Source of the DNA: Mobula birostris
Taxonomy: Eukaryota
Direction: 5' to 3'
DNA length: 64,000 bases
NCBI RefSeq assembly: GCF_030028105.1
Contig: NC_092383.1
Coordinates: 87,377,921-87,441,920 of the forward strand
The notes under the pieces are model-generated. The model did not search any database, had not been told where the DNA came from, and saw nothing but the letters and a program-made list of their open reading frames with translations. Shown here piece by piece: positions 48,866-61,081 of this stretch. Within the stretch, counting starts at the first letter, position 1, and the number at the start of each line of letters is the position of its first letter. The position numbers and the translations under genes were made by a program.

Positions 48866-49335
48866 GTCATAGTCATAGTCATACTTTATTGATCCCGGGG
48901 GAAATTAGTTTTTGTTACAGTTGCACCATAAATAATAAATAGTAATAGAACAATAAATAGTTAAATAGTAATATGTAAATTATGCCAGGAAATTATGAAA
49001 TAAGTCCAGGACCAACCTATTTGCTCAGGGTGTCTGACCCTCCAAGGGAGGAGTTGTAAAGTTTGATGGCCACAGGCAGGAATGACTTCCTATGACGCTC
49101 TGTGCTGCATCTCGGTGGAATGAGTCTCTGGCTGAATGTACTCCTGTGCCCACCCAATACATTATGTAGTGGATGGGAGACATTGACCAAGATGGCATGC
49201 AACTTAGACAGCATCTTCTTTTCAGACACCACTGTCAGAGAGTCCAGTTCCATCCCCTCAACATCACTGGCCTTACGAATGAGTTTGTTGATTCTGTTGG
49301 TGTCTGCTACCCTCATCCTGCTGCCCCAGCACACA
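48866..49335 (-). mobile_element. Rex1/Babar-type LINE 3' fragment
   Basis: ORF 49017-49463(-) AVVCWGS..NRINKLIRKAS..HPLHNVL..QRLIPPRCSTERHRKSFLPVAIKLYN, with a (catagt)n tail at about 48866-48883. Confidence 0.85.
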
Positions 49336-50095
49336 ACTGCATGTAAAACCGAGAAGGAAGAGTAATTCTGAAAAATGGACAGAAAGAAAATAAGTTCAGT
49401 TATTTGTAGGAAAATAGAACATCGAACAGTCCAGCAGAGTATGTGCCCTTCGACAAGATTCAAAACATCTTAAAAGCAAATAAACAGTAAAACAATTAAA
49501 AGTTGAGTGTTGAACAAAATGAGTGGTTACAGCTTGTTGCAGCTTGCAATGGTCAGCGGGGTGTGAATCTGCAAACAGAAGGTGCTACTTTTCTCAGAGT
49601 TGACGTGTAACTGTAACCCGTGGATGTATAATTAGCCTTGGAGCTGCTACATGAAGGGAGTTGTTTGCAAATGTAAGAATCCCCACTGTATGATAACAAA
49701 GTGCAAAATATTAGAAGATCTTTGGAATCAGATAGTGATGTAGTTTCGCATAAATTTCTTCACACCGTGGATGAGGGAGAGAAGAAATAAGACCAAAGGC
49801 TGCCTTTATACTGAAAACTGTGGCAGGTCACTGTTATGCCAGGAGTTTCAACATGGAATAAAAGTGTTATGTACACACCAATTTTGAGCTGAATTCAGTC
49901 CTATGCCTTTCAATTTGCAGATTCATAGACTGGTGACCAATAATTTGCAGCTCACTCATTATATTCAGCACCGAACTTTTATTTCCATTACTTGTTCTGC
50001 TTTAACACTTTTATACAGGGAGTGGAAATGTTCATGCTGTCTCTTTCTCACTCCATTTCTACAAAATGTGTTCCAAAAGGTCAGTAATTATACAC

Positions 50096-51513
50096 CAGAC
50101 ATCCCACCTCTCCCGGGAGTTCCAGGAGTCTCCCGCAAAGCAATAGCGGCTCCCTGATACCCGCAAATTACATACAGTATCCCAGAAATCAATTTTTTGG
50201 AGAGGGAGAGGGGGTAAAAAAAGAAAGAAAGAAAATGAATGAATCCTGCTTGATCTCTCTTTGTGCCAAGTAGATCTATCAGTTTTCTCTGTGGGCGGGC
50301 TTTACAGTCGATCTCTCTCTCTCTGTCCCCTATCTTCCATCAGTTCAGTTACTGCCGTCTGTAATGACGCTAAAATCATGTCGGTGTTGAAGTACAAAAG
50401 CCCAGTGAAGAAATTCCCAAGGCTGGCGGTGACAATCTGACTACACGAGGCTGTCCTGTACGGGCGGGGCGCGTTGGCGTTTTAGGGGATTAGAGCGGGG
50501 TTTAAATTGGAGCAAAATTCCAAAATCGTCCGCTAAGACATCTTTAAAAGCGCGCTCGCAGCAAGCAAATTCTTCAGGGGTTTTTTCCTGAATACTTCCA
50601 CTTCCAGGTACAGCGAAGCCCGTGATGGGCTGCGTTTAAGCGCAGCCGTTTTCAGAAGAAAAACCGATTTTTAATAAATACTCGGCCCCCACCAAGGTCT
50701 CATCATTAGGACAGTGAACTGTTTACCTGTGCTGTGCACTTTATATGCATTTTGAATTGCACTCTATTAAGTAATATGGTAATATATTGTTTTATGTGGT
50801 GTGCGTGATATATGTATTGTGGCTACACCGTGGTCCGGACAGAGGTTTTTTTCTTTGTGGACAATCAGCCAGATGACAATAAACTTCAACTTGAAGATAC
50901 AGATCTCCTAAATCACTCATTTAAAATCCCCCATTTCGATGTAAAAAAGTAAGTTCTGATCCCGACTATTGCAGGCAATGTGTGTGTGTGACTACGGACG
51001 TTTCTGCGATCGGACTTTGTCCGAATGGACATTAAGCGGTGCACACCTGTAATAAGGCTACACCTTATGTTTTTTTTCTTTTAGGGACCACAACATATTA
51101 GGGAGGCTAAGCGCAGGGCAGGCTGCTCAAGTATTTCACAGTTCTTTTCAGCAGAAAACCAAAGTCTGACAGAAAAGGTCACTAGAGCTGAGCTGTACTT
51201 TACATCTTGAGCATAACCTGCCATTCCAGGTGTGTTAGCACACAGGCAAGCTATTCAAGAAAATGTTTCCTGATTCAGAAAGAGCAAAAAACTATGCCTG
51301 CTCATCAGCCAAGACAGCAGCTATTGTGAACACGGCACATTAAGACAGAATTCAGAAGTCAGCTGTCTCACAAAACACTTGTGAATCTGATGTCTTGCAA
51401 AATTAACGAATTCATTGACACAGACTGCTATGAGGTTGAGACTTCTGGTTGAGACCCCCCAGAAATGAAGTTGAGACCTCCCTGAAATGAGTTTTTGCAG
51501 GGTGGGATGTCTG
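50096..51513 (+). mobile_element. Non-autonomous hAT-like DNA transposon with 6-bp TSD
   Basis: Perfect 13-bp TIRs CAGACATCCCACC (50096-50108) / GGTGGGATGTCTG (51501-51513). ATACAC flanks both sides. Transposase relic EHNLPF..HTGKLFKKMFPDSERAKNYACS..KTAAIV at 51200-51330. Confidence 0.8.
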
Positions 51514-51719
51514 ATACACCTTATCAAAGTTAAAAAGCGTCATGGTAATCTATTATCAAGGTACGTATATGTCAGCAAATACTATCCTGAGATTCATTTT
51601 CTTACATTTCTTCAAAGAATGACAATAGAATCAATGAAACACTACACACAAGGACTGACAAACTACCAATCTGCAGAGGAAGGCAAATGCTGCAAATACA
51701 AAAAAAAATTAAAGACATA

Positions 51720-52830
51720 AGTAAGGTTCCCCATGCAGGGCTCATTCAGAAAGTAAGAAGGGGTGGGATCCAAGGAGACCTTGCTTTGCGGATCCAGAAT
51801 TGACTTGCGCAAGGAAGGCAATGTCTGGTTGAAGATGTCTTGCATTCTGCATGGTGGTCAGTGACCAGCGGTGTTCCGCAGGGATCTGTTCTGGGACCCC
51901 TCTTCTTTGTGAGTTTTATAAATGAACTGGGTGAAGAAGTAGAAGTGTGAGCTAGTAAGCTTACTGATGACATAAAGATTGGAGGTGCTGTGGATAGTCT
52001 GGAGGGTTCTCTGAGGTTACAGTGGGACATCGATATGATGCAGAACTGTGCTAAGAAGTGGCAGATGGAGTTCAAACCAGAGGAGTGTGCAGTGGTTCAT
52101 TTTGATAGATCAAATTTGAAGACAGAATATAGTATTAATGGTAATACTCTTGAAAGTGTCGAGGATCAGAGGGATCTTGGACTCCATGTCCATAGATCAC
52201 AAAAGAACTGCTGTGCAGGTTAACAATGTTGTTAAGAAGACACAAAGTTTTCACTGTGGGATTGAGTTCAAGAGTCACGAAATAATGTTACAGCTAAATA
52301 AGACCCTAGATTGACCACCTTGGAGCACTGTGTTCAAATCTGGTCTCCTAACTACAGGAAGGATGTGAGTACTATATAATGAGTGCAGAGGAGTTTTTCA
52401 AGGGTGTTACCTGCATTGCAGAGTGTGCCTTATGAGAATAGGTTGAGTGAACTTGTCCCTTTCTCCTTGGAGCGACAGAGGATGAGAGGTGACCTGACAG
52501 AGGTGATGAGAGACATTGGTCGTGTGGATAGCCAGAAGCTTTTTTCCCACACTGAAATAGCTGACACAATGGGGGTATAGTTTTAAGTTTCTTGGAAGTA
52601 GGTACAGAGGGGATGTCAGGTGTACGTTTTTCACACAGAGAGTGGTGGGTGCATAGAATTCACTGCCAGCGATGACAGGGAAGGTGGATACAAGAGGTAC
52701 ATGGAGCTTAGAAAAATAGAGGGCTAAGCAGTAGGGTAATTCTAGGCAGTTTCTAGAGTAGGTTACATGGTCAGCACAACATTGTGGGCCAAAGGGCCTG
52801 TAATGTGCTGTAGATTTCTATGTTCTATGT
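51720..52830 (+). mobile_element. CR1 LINE RT and 3' end
   Basis: SGVPQGSVLGPLLFV, DDIKIGG and WQMEFKPEEC motifs, with a (tatgttc)n tail. Confidence 0.88.
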
Positions 52831-54194
52831 AACTAAATAAATAAGATTGGGACATGGGTTATGGGGACCTTTAAAGTGAATCATAGGTTGTGTTCAGTGA
52901 GCAGTTCAGTATTGAGGTGGATGATGTTATCCAAATTGGTTTAGAAGCCTGATGGCTGAACTATTCCTGAACCAGGTGGTTTCGGATCTAAGGCTCCTTT
53001 AATTCCTTCCTGATGGCAGCAGCGAGAAGAGATCATGTCTGGATGATGGGGGTCTTTGATGATGGTTCCTGTTTTCTTGTTGCAGTATTCATTTAGAGAT
53101 GCACTCATTGGAAGGGAGGGCTTTACCCATCAACTGATCAGTCTTAACCGATCTCCGTACAGGCTGTCTCTGAGTAAAGAATGGGTTCTGTTTATATAGA
53201 TGTTGTAAATCCAGGTTGCCCATAAATCAAATCACACACAAATATCACTCAATATGTTCTCCATTCCTCTATGGTATTGTAGTGATTGGCATCAACTGCA
53301 TATAAAACTGAGGAGAAAGAGTAATTCTGAGAAGTCGACAGAAAGTAAACTAGTTCTTTTATCTGTAGGAACATAGAGCATAGAACAGTACAGCACAGTA
53401 CGGACCCTTTGGCCCATAGTGTTGTCCTAATCTATAGTCTATGATCAATTTAATCCTTCCCTCCTACACAGCATATAACTATATTTTCATACATACATGT
53501 ATGTGCCTATCGAAGTGCCTTGAAATGTCTCTGTTGTATCACTCTCTACCACCATGCCTGCAGTGCGTTCCAAGGACCCATCACTCACTGTGTAAAATAA
53601 AACTACCTCTTAATTCTCCGCTAAACTTTCTTCCACTAAACTTAAAGAGATGTCTTCTGATATTGGATATTGTCAGCATGAGAAAAGGTGCTGGCTGTCC
53701 ACTCAGTCTATGCCCTATACGCCACAATTCTCCAAGTGTGATCGAACCAGAGTTTTATAGAGCTGTAACATTACTTGATGGCTCTTGAACCCTGTCTCCT
53801 GAATGAGTGAAGTTCAGCACATTATACACTTTATTTAACACCCTTTCAACTTGTGCAGAAACTTAGAGGAATCTACAGACCTGGACCCCAATATTCCTCT
53901 GTTCCTCCACATTGCTCAGAATCCTGTCATTAACCTTGTAATCTGCCTTCAAGTTCAATCACCCAAAGTGTATCACTTCACATTTTTCAGTGATAAACTC
54001 CATCTACCACTTCTCCACACAGCACTACATCCTGTCTATATCCTCTTATAACTTACAACAATCTTCTGTACCATCCAAAACACCGACAATCTTCGTGTCT
54101 TGTGTAAATGTATGTTCATGCATTGGGCTTTACATAGAAGTGTCCGTAAATTAGGAGTTCATATCCTGGGACTGCACTGTATCATCTTTTATTG

Positions 54195-54755
54195 TGTATA
54201 GGTTGGGCTCCTCATCTTCGAAGAGTTATGCTTGCAATGGAGAGGGTCCTGATGAGGTTCACAACGATCATTCCAGAAATGAAAGGGTTATCATACAAGG
54301 AAAGTTTGATGGCTCTGGGTCTGTACTCACTGGAAATCAGAAGGATGAGGGGGGATCCCATTGAAACCGTTCGAATGTCGAAAGGCCTAGGCAAAGTAGA
54401 TGTGGAAAGAATGTTTCCCATTGTGGGAGAGTCTAGGACAAGAGGGCACAGCCTCAGGATAGACGGGAGGTCTTTCAAAATAGAGATGCAGAGAAATTTC
54501 TTTAGCCTAAGGGTGTTGAATTTCTGAAATTTGTTGCCACAGGCAGCTGTGGAAGCCAGGTCGCTGGGTGTATTTAAGGCAGAGATCGGTAGGTTCTTGA
54601 CTGGACATGACTTCAACAGTTACAGGGAGATGGCCAGGAATTGGGGTTGAGGAGGAGAAAAAATATGGATCAGCCATGATTGAAGAGCGGAACAGACTCG
54701 ATGGGCCAGATGTCCTAATTCTGTTCCTATGTCTTATGGTCTTATGGTCTTTATC
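54195..54755 (+). mobile_element. CR1 LINE 3' end
   Basis: ORF 54192-54527 LGLYSLEIRRMRGD..TRGHSLRI..RNFFS, with a (ttatggtc)n tail. Confidence 0.85.
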
Positions 54756-54929
54756 TTACACAGCATTCCCCCAAATAGATCTGCTTTTTAAACCATGTCC
54801 TCCACTTTTAATCCAGATCTGAGGAGCAGTTCCTGACCTTAAACTGGGTCTCAGCCAGAAATATCCACTAATAATTCCTTTCCATACATGCTGCCTGATC
54901 TATTGAATTCCTGCAGTACTTGTGTGTGG

Positions 54930-55830
54930 TCAATCCGCATGTTGGAGGAAGACTGAAAATCTGGCTGTATGGCGGCATAACAAGCATCTCTCACTCAACT
55001 TCAACAACACCAAAGAGTTGATTGTTCTCTACAGGAGGAGGCATCCAGAGGTCCATGAGACAGCCCTCATCAGGGAATCAGAGGTGGAAAGAGTCAGTAG
55101 CTTTTAATTTCTTGGTGTTATCATTTTGGAAGATCTGTCCGGGTCCAGCACATAACTGCCATTACAAAAGAAGTACAGCAGTGCATTATTTACTTAGAAG
55201 TTTGTGAAGATCAACATGTTATGTAAAACTTTGTCAAAGTTCTATAAATGCACAGTGCTTACTGGTGGCATCATGGCACGGTATGAAAACTCCAATGCTC
55301 TTGAATGGAAAAAGCTACACAAAGTAATGGATACAGCCTGGTCCATCACAGATAAACCCCTCCTCACTGTTAAGCACATTGTCACACTAAAAACATCACC
55401 CATCATCCAGGCTATGCTTTCTTGGTGCTGTTGCTGTCAGGAAGCAGGTACAGGAGCCTATGTCCCGCACCACCAGGTTCAGGAACAGATATTACCCCTG
55501 AACCATCAGGCTACTGAACGAGAATGGATCATTTCACCAAACACTGAGCTGATTCCAAAACCTATGGACTAACTTAAAAGGACTCTACAACTCATGTTCT
55601 CAAATATTATTTTGTACTTCTTTACCTATTCTTATTATTACTTTGTTTTTCTTCTGGTATTTGCAACTTTTTTCTTTTACACATTTGTTGTTTGTCTGCC
55701 TTTGTTTATGTGTAGTTTTTCATTGATTCTATTGTGTTTCTTTGTATTTACACTGAATGCCCAAAAGTAAGTGAATGTCAGGATAGCATATGGAGACATA
55801 TACAGTATGTACTTTAATAATGAATTTAAA
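54930..55830 (+). mobile_element. Rex1/Babar-type LINE fragment
   Basis: HLSLNFNNTKELIV..FYKCTV..LTGGI..W(Y)..HPGYALFL..LSGSRY remnants. Confidence 0.7.
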
Positions 55831-55903
55831 CTTCTTTCTGAAAATGATGTAATAATTCAATCAACATAAAATAACAGTGAATTGAAATTGAGTATACCTC
55901 CAG

Positions 55904-56386
55904 TGTCAGGATGCTGGAGCAGGGATCCAATCGCAGACCCAGTACTGTGCACGCAGTGATATCAATTGAGTAACAAATCCCACAGTGCCAACAAAGCCGG
56001 TGTCAAAGTTCAGGCAGAGTTAAAAACTTCCAGAAAAATCCAAAAACTAGAATCAGGAAACAGGCAGAGTTAAAAACTTCCAGAAAAATCCAAAAACTAG
56101 AATCAGAAAACAGGCAGAGTCAATATTCAGACAGACAGAGTACAGATATGAATGCTGGAAAGGCTCAGGATAATTCACTGGCACAATCTGGTAACAAACA
56201 GGTGAACACAGAGGACTAAAGCACACTGAGCAATAAACAGAGTGGCAGATGATAGGTGGAGCACAATGAGACACAGGTGGCAGCAATACAGGTAATAATG
56301 AGAAACAGATGAGAGACAGAGCACTCAGTGATACAGGGTTCAGAGCAGAGCAGGAGCATATGGCAATACAAAACCACAAACTGACA
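55904..56386. mobile_element. Solo LTR-like element with internal 50-bp tandem duplication
   Basis: Termini TGTCAG..CTGACA. 50-bp units at 56011-56060 and 56061-56110 (1 mismatch). No TSD seen. Confidence 0.6.
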
Positions 56387-56409
56387 GCTAGGGGGAAAAC
56401 ACACAAGAA

Positions 56410-56770
56410 GACAGGTTGGAGGAACAACACCTTATATTCCGTCTGGGTAGCCTCCAACCTGATGGCATGAACATTGACTTCTCTAACTTTCGCTAATGCC
56501 CCACCTCCCCCTCGTACCCCATCCATTATTTATATACACACATTCTTTCTCTCCTTTTTCTCCCTCTATCCCTCTGACTATACCCCTTGCCCATCCTCTG
56601 GGCTTTCCCGCCCCCCCCCCACTTCCCCTTTTCCTTCTCCCTGGGCCTCCTGTCCCATGATCCTCTCATACTCCTTTTGCCAATCACCAGTCCAGCTCTT
56701 GTCTCCATACCTTCCCCTCCTGTCTTCTCCTATCATTTTGGATCTCCCCCTCCTCCTCAGACTTTTTCCA
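56410..56770 (+). mobile_element. Penelope 3' fragment
   Basis: LEEQHLIFRLGSLQPDGMNIDFSNFR* followed by the same pyrimidine-rich UTR as at 23300-23640. Confidence 0.85.
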
Positions 56771-56989
56771 CTTAGGTTGGGTTGGACTGTAACCAGAGGT
56801 CATGGGTTAAGGGTGATAGGTGAGAAGTTTAAGGGGAACATTACTTAGAGAGCTGTGTGAGTGTGGAATAAGCTCCCAGCACAACTGGTGTATGCAAGCT
56901 CGATTTCAATGTTGAAGAAATGTATGGATAGCAGGGGTTTGGAGGGCTATGGTTCTGGTGCAGGTCGATGGAAGTGGGCAGTTTAAATG

Positions 56990-57930
56990 ATTTCAGCATG
57001 GACTGCACTTCTCTATTACTCGATAATGAGGTGAAGGATGGTTGCAATAAAGATGGCAATTTGACACCGCACTATTAGACTCCTGTATTAATAGTGAGGG
57101 ATTCTGATTCATCAGCAGTATTACTGAGTACTGTGGCTGACATGCCATTATTCAGTAGCCTCAGTATTTGTAAGCACTTGTCAAGACAGCCATGTCTTGA
57201 TAGTATATATTAGAGAGCTTTACACCTACTGTATCAAATACCTTAGCCACATCTATGAAAGCCAAGTACAGGGTTCCTTTTGATGGCATTTCTTCCTGCA
57301 TTTGGTGGGCTGTGAAGTTCATGTCTCCCAGACCTATGGATGGGTGGACACCACCTTCAGGGAGAACATCTTCCGATAGCAGAAGGAGGCAGGATACGTG
57401 CAAGTACTTTGCCTGTTGTTGACAGGACGGAGGTGCCTCTGAAATTACCACAATCTGCCTTGTCTCCCTTTTTGCAAATGGTCACAGTTAAAGCATACCT
57501 GAGCTATGAGGGCACTTGTTCCTTTTCATAGACCTTCAGGAGCAGGGCCGGCATGTGATCCAAGGAGTGCTGGTGTTTTAGAAAGTGTTCTCTCCATGGA
57601 TTGTTGATATCCTTCCAATACTTTAGCAAGTACTTCTCATCCATTGAGCACAGGCCTTTTCATCCACAGTAACTTGGACTAGAGTCTGCTTTGGTGGCAC
57701 TGAAGAAGCCTCTCATTACACGAGAGTCTGCTAGCCCCAGGATTTCCAGGGCTTTCTCAGTCCACCAAGAATTTTTAGCCCCCTAGCCTTGTGCTGGACA
57801 TTAGCTTTGGCTCTGGAATAAGCTTCTCCTTTGGTGTTGCTGCTGATATCACTCTGCCAGATACAGAAGGCTTTCCCTTCTTGGAGATAAGTTGTTCTAT
57901 CTCCATGTCGTTATCATCAAACCAGTGAAT
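56990..57930 (-). mobile_element. RTE-clade LINE RT relic
   Basis: ORF 57161-57451(-) QMQEE..TLYLAFIDVAKVFDTV. Confidence 0.6.
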
Positions 57931-58288
57931 ATCTGCACGAAAATGGATCTCAGGGTAGTATATGGTGACAAATACGTACCTTGATAATAAATTTACTTTA
58001 AACTTTGAAGTAGTTTATCTCAGAAGGACTTAATTAATGGCAGAAATATCACCAGATGAGATGCATGCACACCCAGCCAATGAGAGCAGATGAGAGGCAA
58101 GAGACCCTGTGGTGAGTGAATGATGTTTGAACTGCTGTGCTGAAAGGCTTTTCATTCTTTGAAAGGTGGTGACAACATATACTCCATGTTCCTGAGTGAG
58201 GTTCCAAAAAACACAATATCCAACACGCACCAGTTATTCAGTTGTACTCCATCGACCATCATAAAGAATCAAACCCTGCACCACTCGC

Positions 58289-58609
58289 CCGTGCTGCTGA
58301 CTTTAATCACATTTCTGCAGATCCTGACACTGTTGGAGATGGACACTTTGACCATTTTACTGGACATTTCCCCATTAACATTTGAGGATTTGCAAAAATA
58401 CGGATATTTTTTGTATCTTAAGGATTGAGAACGTAGATAAAGTTTATTGATATCAGAGACCTTTGAATCTGCAGATGGCATCTTTTCGTACCATGAGTAC
58501 TGAATGGGAAGGGATCCATGGACAGACTCACAGGACACTGACACAGAGTCCCCACAACTTGAGCCATTTGTTGGTGGTGAAAATCGAAGCAAAGGAACAG
58601 ACAGGGGTT
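58289..58609 (-). pseudogene. Orphan inverted C2-type Ig exon (paralog of C2b), open frame, GC donor
   Basis: ttttcccacag|AA CCC CTG..ACG G|gcgagt, 321 nt. PLSVPLLRFSPPTNGSSCGDSVSVSCESVHGSLPIQYSWY..YFCKSSN. No partner V, stalk or TM exon was found on the minus strand in the window. Confidence 0.8.
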
Positions 58610-60489
58610 CTGTGGGAAAAAATCAGAGAACATCTGAAAACCTAGCACACTAAATATTTCAGCAGTTCTGAATCGCATCTAGAACCCACCAGCTCAGCAG
58701 CTCATCTACCTCCTGTGTGTCTGGATCTGCATCCTCATATCTGCCTGAACTGCCATGTCTGCCATTACCCCAGACTCCAGATCAGGACAGGACAGCAGTG
58801 ATGACACTGAGTACGTGTCAGTGTGAAAATCAGAAGTTGCAATCTCACTCAGCAGCAAGGAGACTGTCTAAAGTGGCACCTAACCATTTGACTTTGGAAT
58901 GGCAACATTTGCGTGTGTCCTTGAAAACTTCCCATCATCAAAAGCAGGTAATTGTCAGATACATACAAAATAAATGGTGACTTTTGGGACAGAGTATAAT
59001 TGTGATGGGATGCAGTGACCTACAGCAGCAAGAGAACCCGTGAGTATCGGTATCGATGTGAAGCCAACAAGGAATTATATGTGACTGGAAAACTAGAAAG
59101 ACCATAGGCCATAAGACCATAAATATAGGAGCAGAATTAGGTCTTTCTGTTCATTGAGACTGCTCCACCATTCAATCATGGCTGATTTATTATCCCTCTT
59201 TATCTATTCTCCTGCCTTCTCTTTGTTACCTTTGATGCCCTAAAGAATCAACCTCTGCTTTAAATATACCCAATGATTTGGCCTCCACAGCTGAACACAA
59301 TATCTGAGTTTTTCTGAAGAGTTGATCAGAGGAACTGCTGAGAACAGGGCAGTAGTGTTTAGCACATGAATTTAGCAAGGCATTTGACAAGATCTTGCTT
59401 TGTAGACTGATCTGTAATGTCAGATCTCATGGTAAGCTAGCCAGATGGATACTGAATAGACTTGGTGGATGGATTCAGATTGTGGTGGTGGAGTGTTGGT
59501 TTTCTAAAACTATTCAATTCCATTCAAAATAATACTGAGTTTTCCTCAACAGGAGATATCTGATAAAGTGGCCACTGAATGTATGTTCATGGTCCTCTGT
59601 TGTTGTAGCCCATTCACTTAACAAGTTGTCCAATTGTGTGTTCAGAGATGCTCTTCTCCATACCACTGTTGTAACCCATGGTTACTTGCGTTACTGTTGC
59701 CTTCCTGTCAGCTTGAACCAGTCTGACCATTCTCCCCTAATCTTTCTTATTAATGAGGCATTTTCCCACACAGAACTGTCACTCACAAAATGTACACATA
59801 TATTTTGCACCATTTTCTCTGAACTCTAGGAACTGTTTTCTGTGCCAATTGCAGGAGATCAGCAGTTTCTCAGAGATTCAGAGAGCCCCATCTGGCACCT
59901 ACAATCATTCCACAGCCAAAGTCATTTTGATTGCCCTTCTTCCCCATTTTGATGTTTGTTCTGAACAACAATGGAACCTCTTGACCATGTCTTTTCTCTT
60001 CCTCTCATTCTTTTCTCGTCTTCAGCTAACTTTTCCCCATGAAACTCAATGACTCATGGTGGCTGACATTTTCACTCAAGTGAGAAAAAAAATCTTCTGG
60101 AGGAACTTGGGGAGTCAGATAGCAACTGCAGATGCAGAGTCATTAACATTTTAGATTAAGCCCCTGCTTCATGACTCCTCCAGCAATTTATTTTTGCTCC
60201 AGATTATAACATCTGCTGTTGCTGGTGTCTAACAATTCAACACAGGAGCAGAATTTGGCACATCGAGTCTGCCCCACCATTCAATCATAGCTGATCTTTT
60301 ATTTGGTCTCTTCAAACCCATGCTCTGGCCTTCTCCCCTTAACCTTTGATGCTGTGACTAATCAAGAATCTACCAACGGCCTGGTCTCCACAGTTGCCTG
60401 TGGAAAAATATTACACTAATTCACTGCTCTCTGGCTAAAGAAACTTCTCTGAAAAAATGTTTTCTATCAACCTTGATATTGTTTGCTAG

Positions 60490-60860
60490 CTTGCTTTCAT
60501 ATTTCATCTTTTCCCTCCCAATGATTCTTTTGGTTGCTTTCTGTGGGTTTGTAAAAACTTCCTAATCCCCTGTCTTGCTGCTAAGTTTAGCTTTGTTGTA
60601 TGCCCTCTCTTTTGCTTTTCCGTTGGCTTTGAACTCCTTTGTCAGCCATGGTTTTACTATTTTGCCATTTGAGTATTTCTTTGTTTTTGGAATACATCTA
60701 TCCTGCACCTTCCTCCCTTTTCCCAGAAATTCAAGCCATTGCTGCTCTGCTGTCATCCCTGCCAGCATCTCCTTCCAATTTACTTTAGCCAACTCCTCTC
60801 TCATTCCACTGTAATTTCATTTACTGCACTGAAATACTGCTACGTCAGACTTTATTTTCT
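60490..60860 (-). mobile_element. CR1 LINE fragment; a + strand CR1 RT fragment also lies at about 61370-61690
   Basis: MREELAKVNWKEMLAG..QWLEF..PWLTKE, and NYRTVSLTSVVDKMLES..SQHGF. Confidence 0.8.
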
Positions 60861-60934
60861 CCCCATCTAATTTCAAGTTGTACTTGAAGTATGATCACAT
60901 GATCATTTGATCACACATCACACATAAACTGGCT

Positions 60935-60975
60935 CGCTGTGGTTTCATGATCGGACTTCCTGACCTCTTCCTCCT
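60935..60975 (+). promoter_or_regulatory. Candidate RUNX + ETS sites upstream of the paralog D leader
   Basis: TGTGGTT followed by ACTTCCT and TCTTCCT within about 110 nt of the ATG. Motif match only. Confidence 0.3.
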
Positions 60976-61041
60976 TATTTTTATTTGACAGTTAATTCTC
61001 TCTGTGAACGGACAAGTGCTGACTGGGTCCATGTGAATTAA

Positions 61042-61081
61042 ATGATGTGGATTTCGATTCTTCTAATTAGTATCCTAGATG
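61042..61081 (+). pseudogene. Leader exon of paralog D (MMWISILLISILD)
   Basis: 40 nt, phase 1, strong donor G|gtaagt. Homologous to 16144-16183 including flanks. Confidence 0.8.

Noticed and set aside
50430-50690. CpG-rich patch as a host gene promoter
   Set aside because: It lies inside a TIR-bounded transposon and runs into a LINE-type tail near 50880, so a nested repeat explains it better.
54760-54818. AG/GT-bounded 59-nt minus-strand segment as an exon of the orphan C2 gene
   Set aside because: The donor derives from a CR1 microsatellite tail, and the only open frame resembles no stalk, TM or tail exon.
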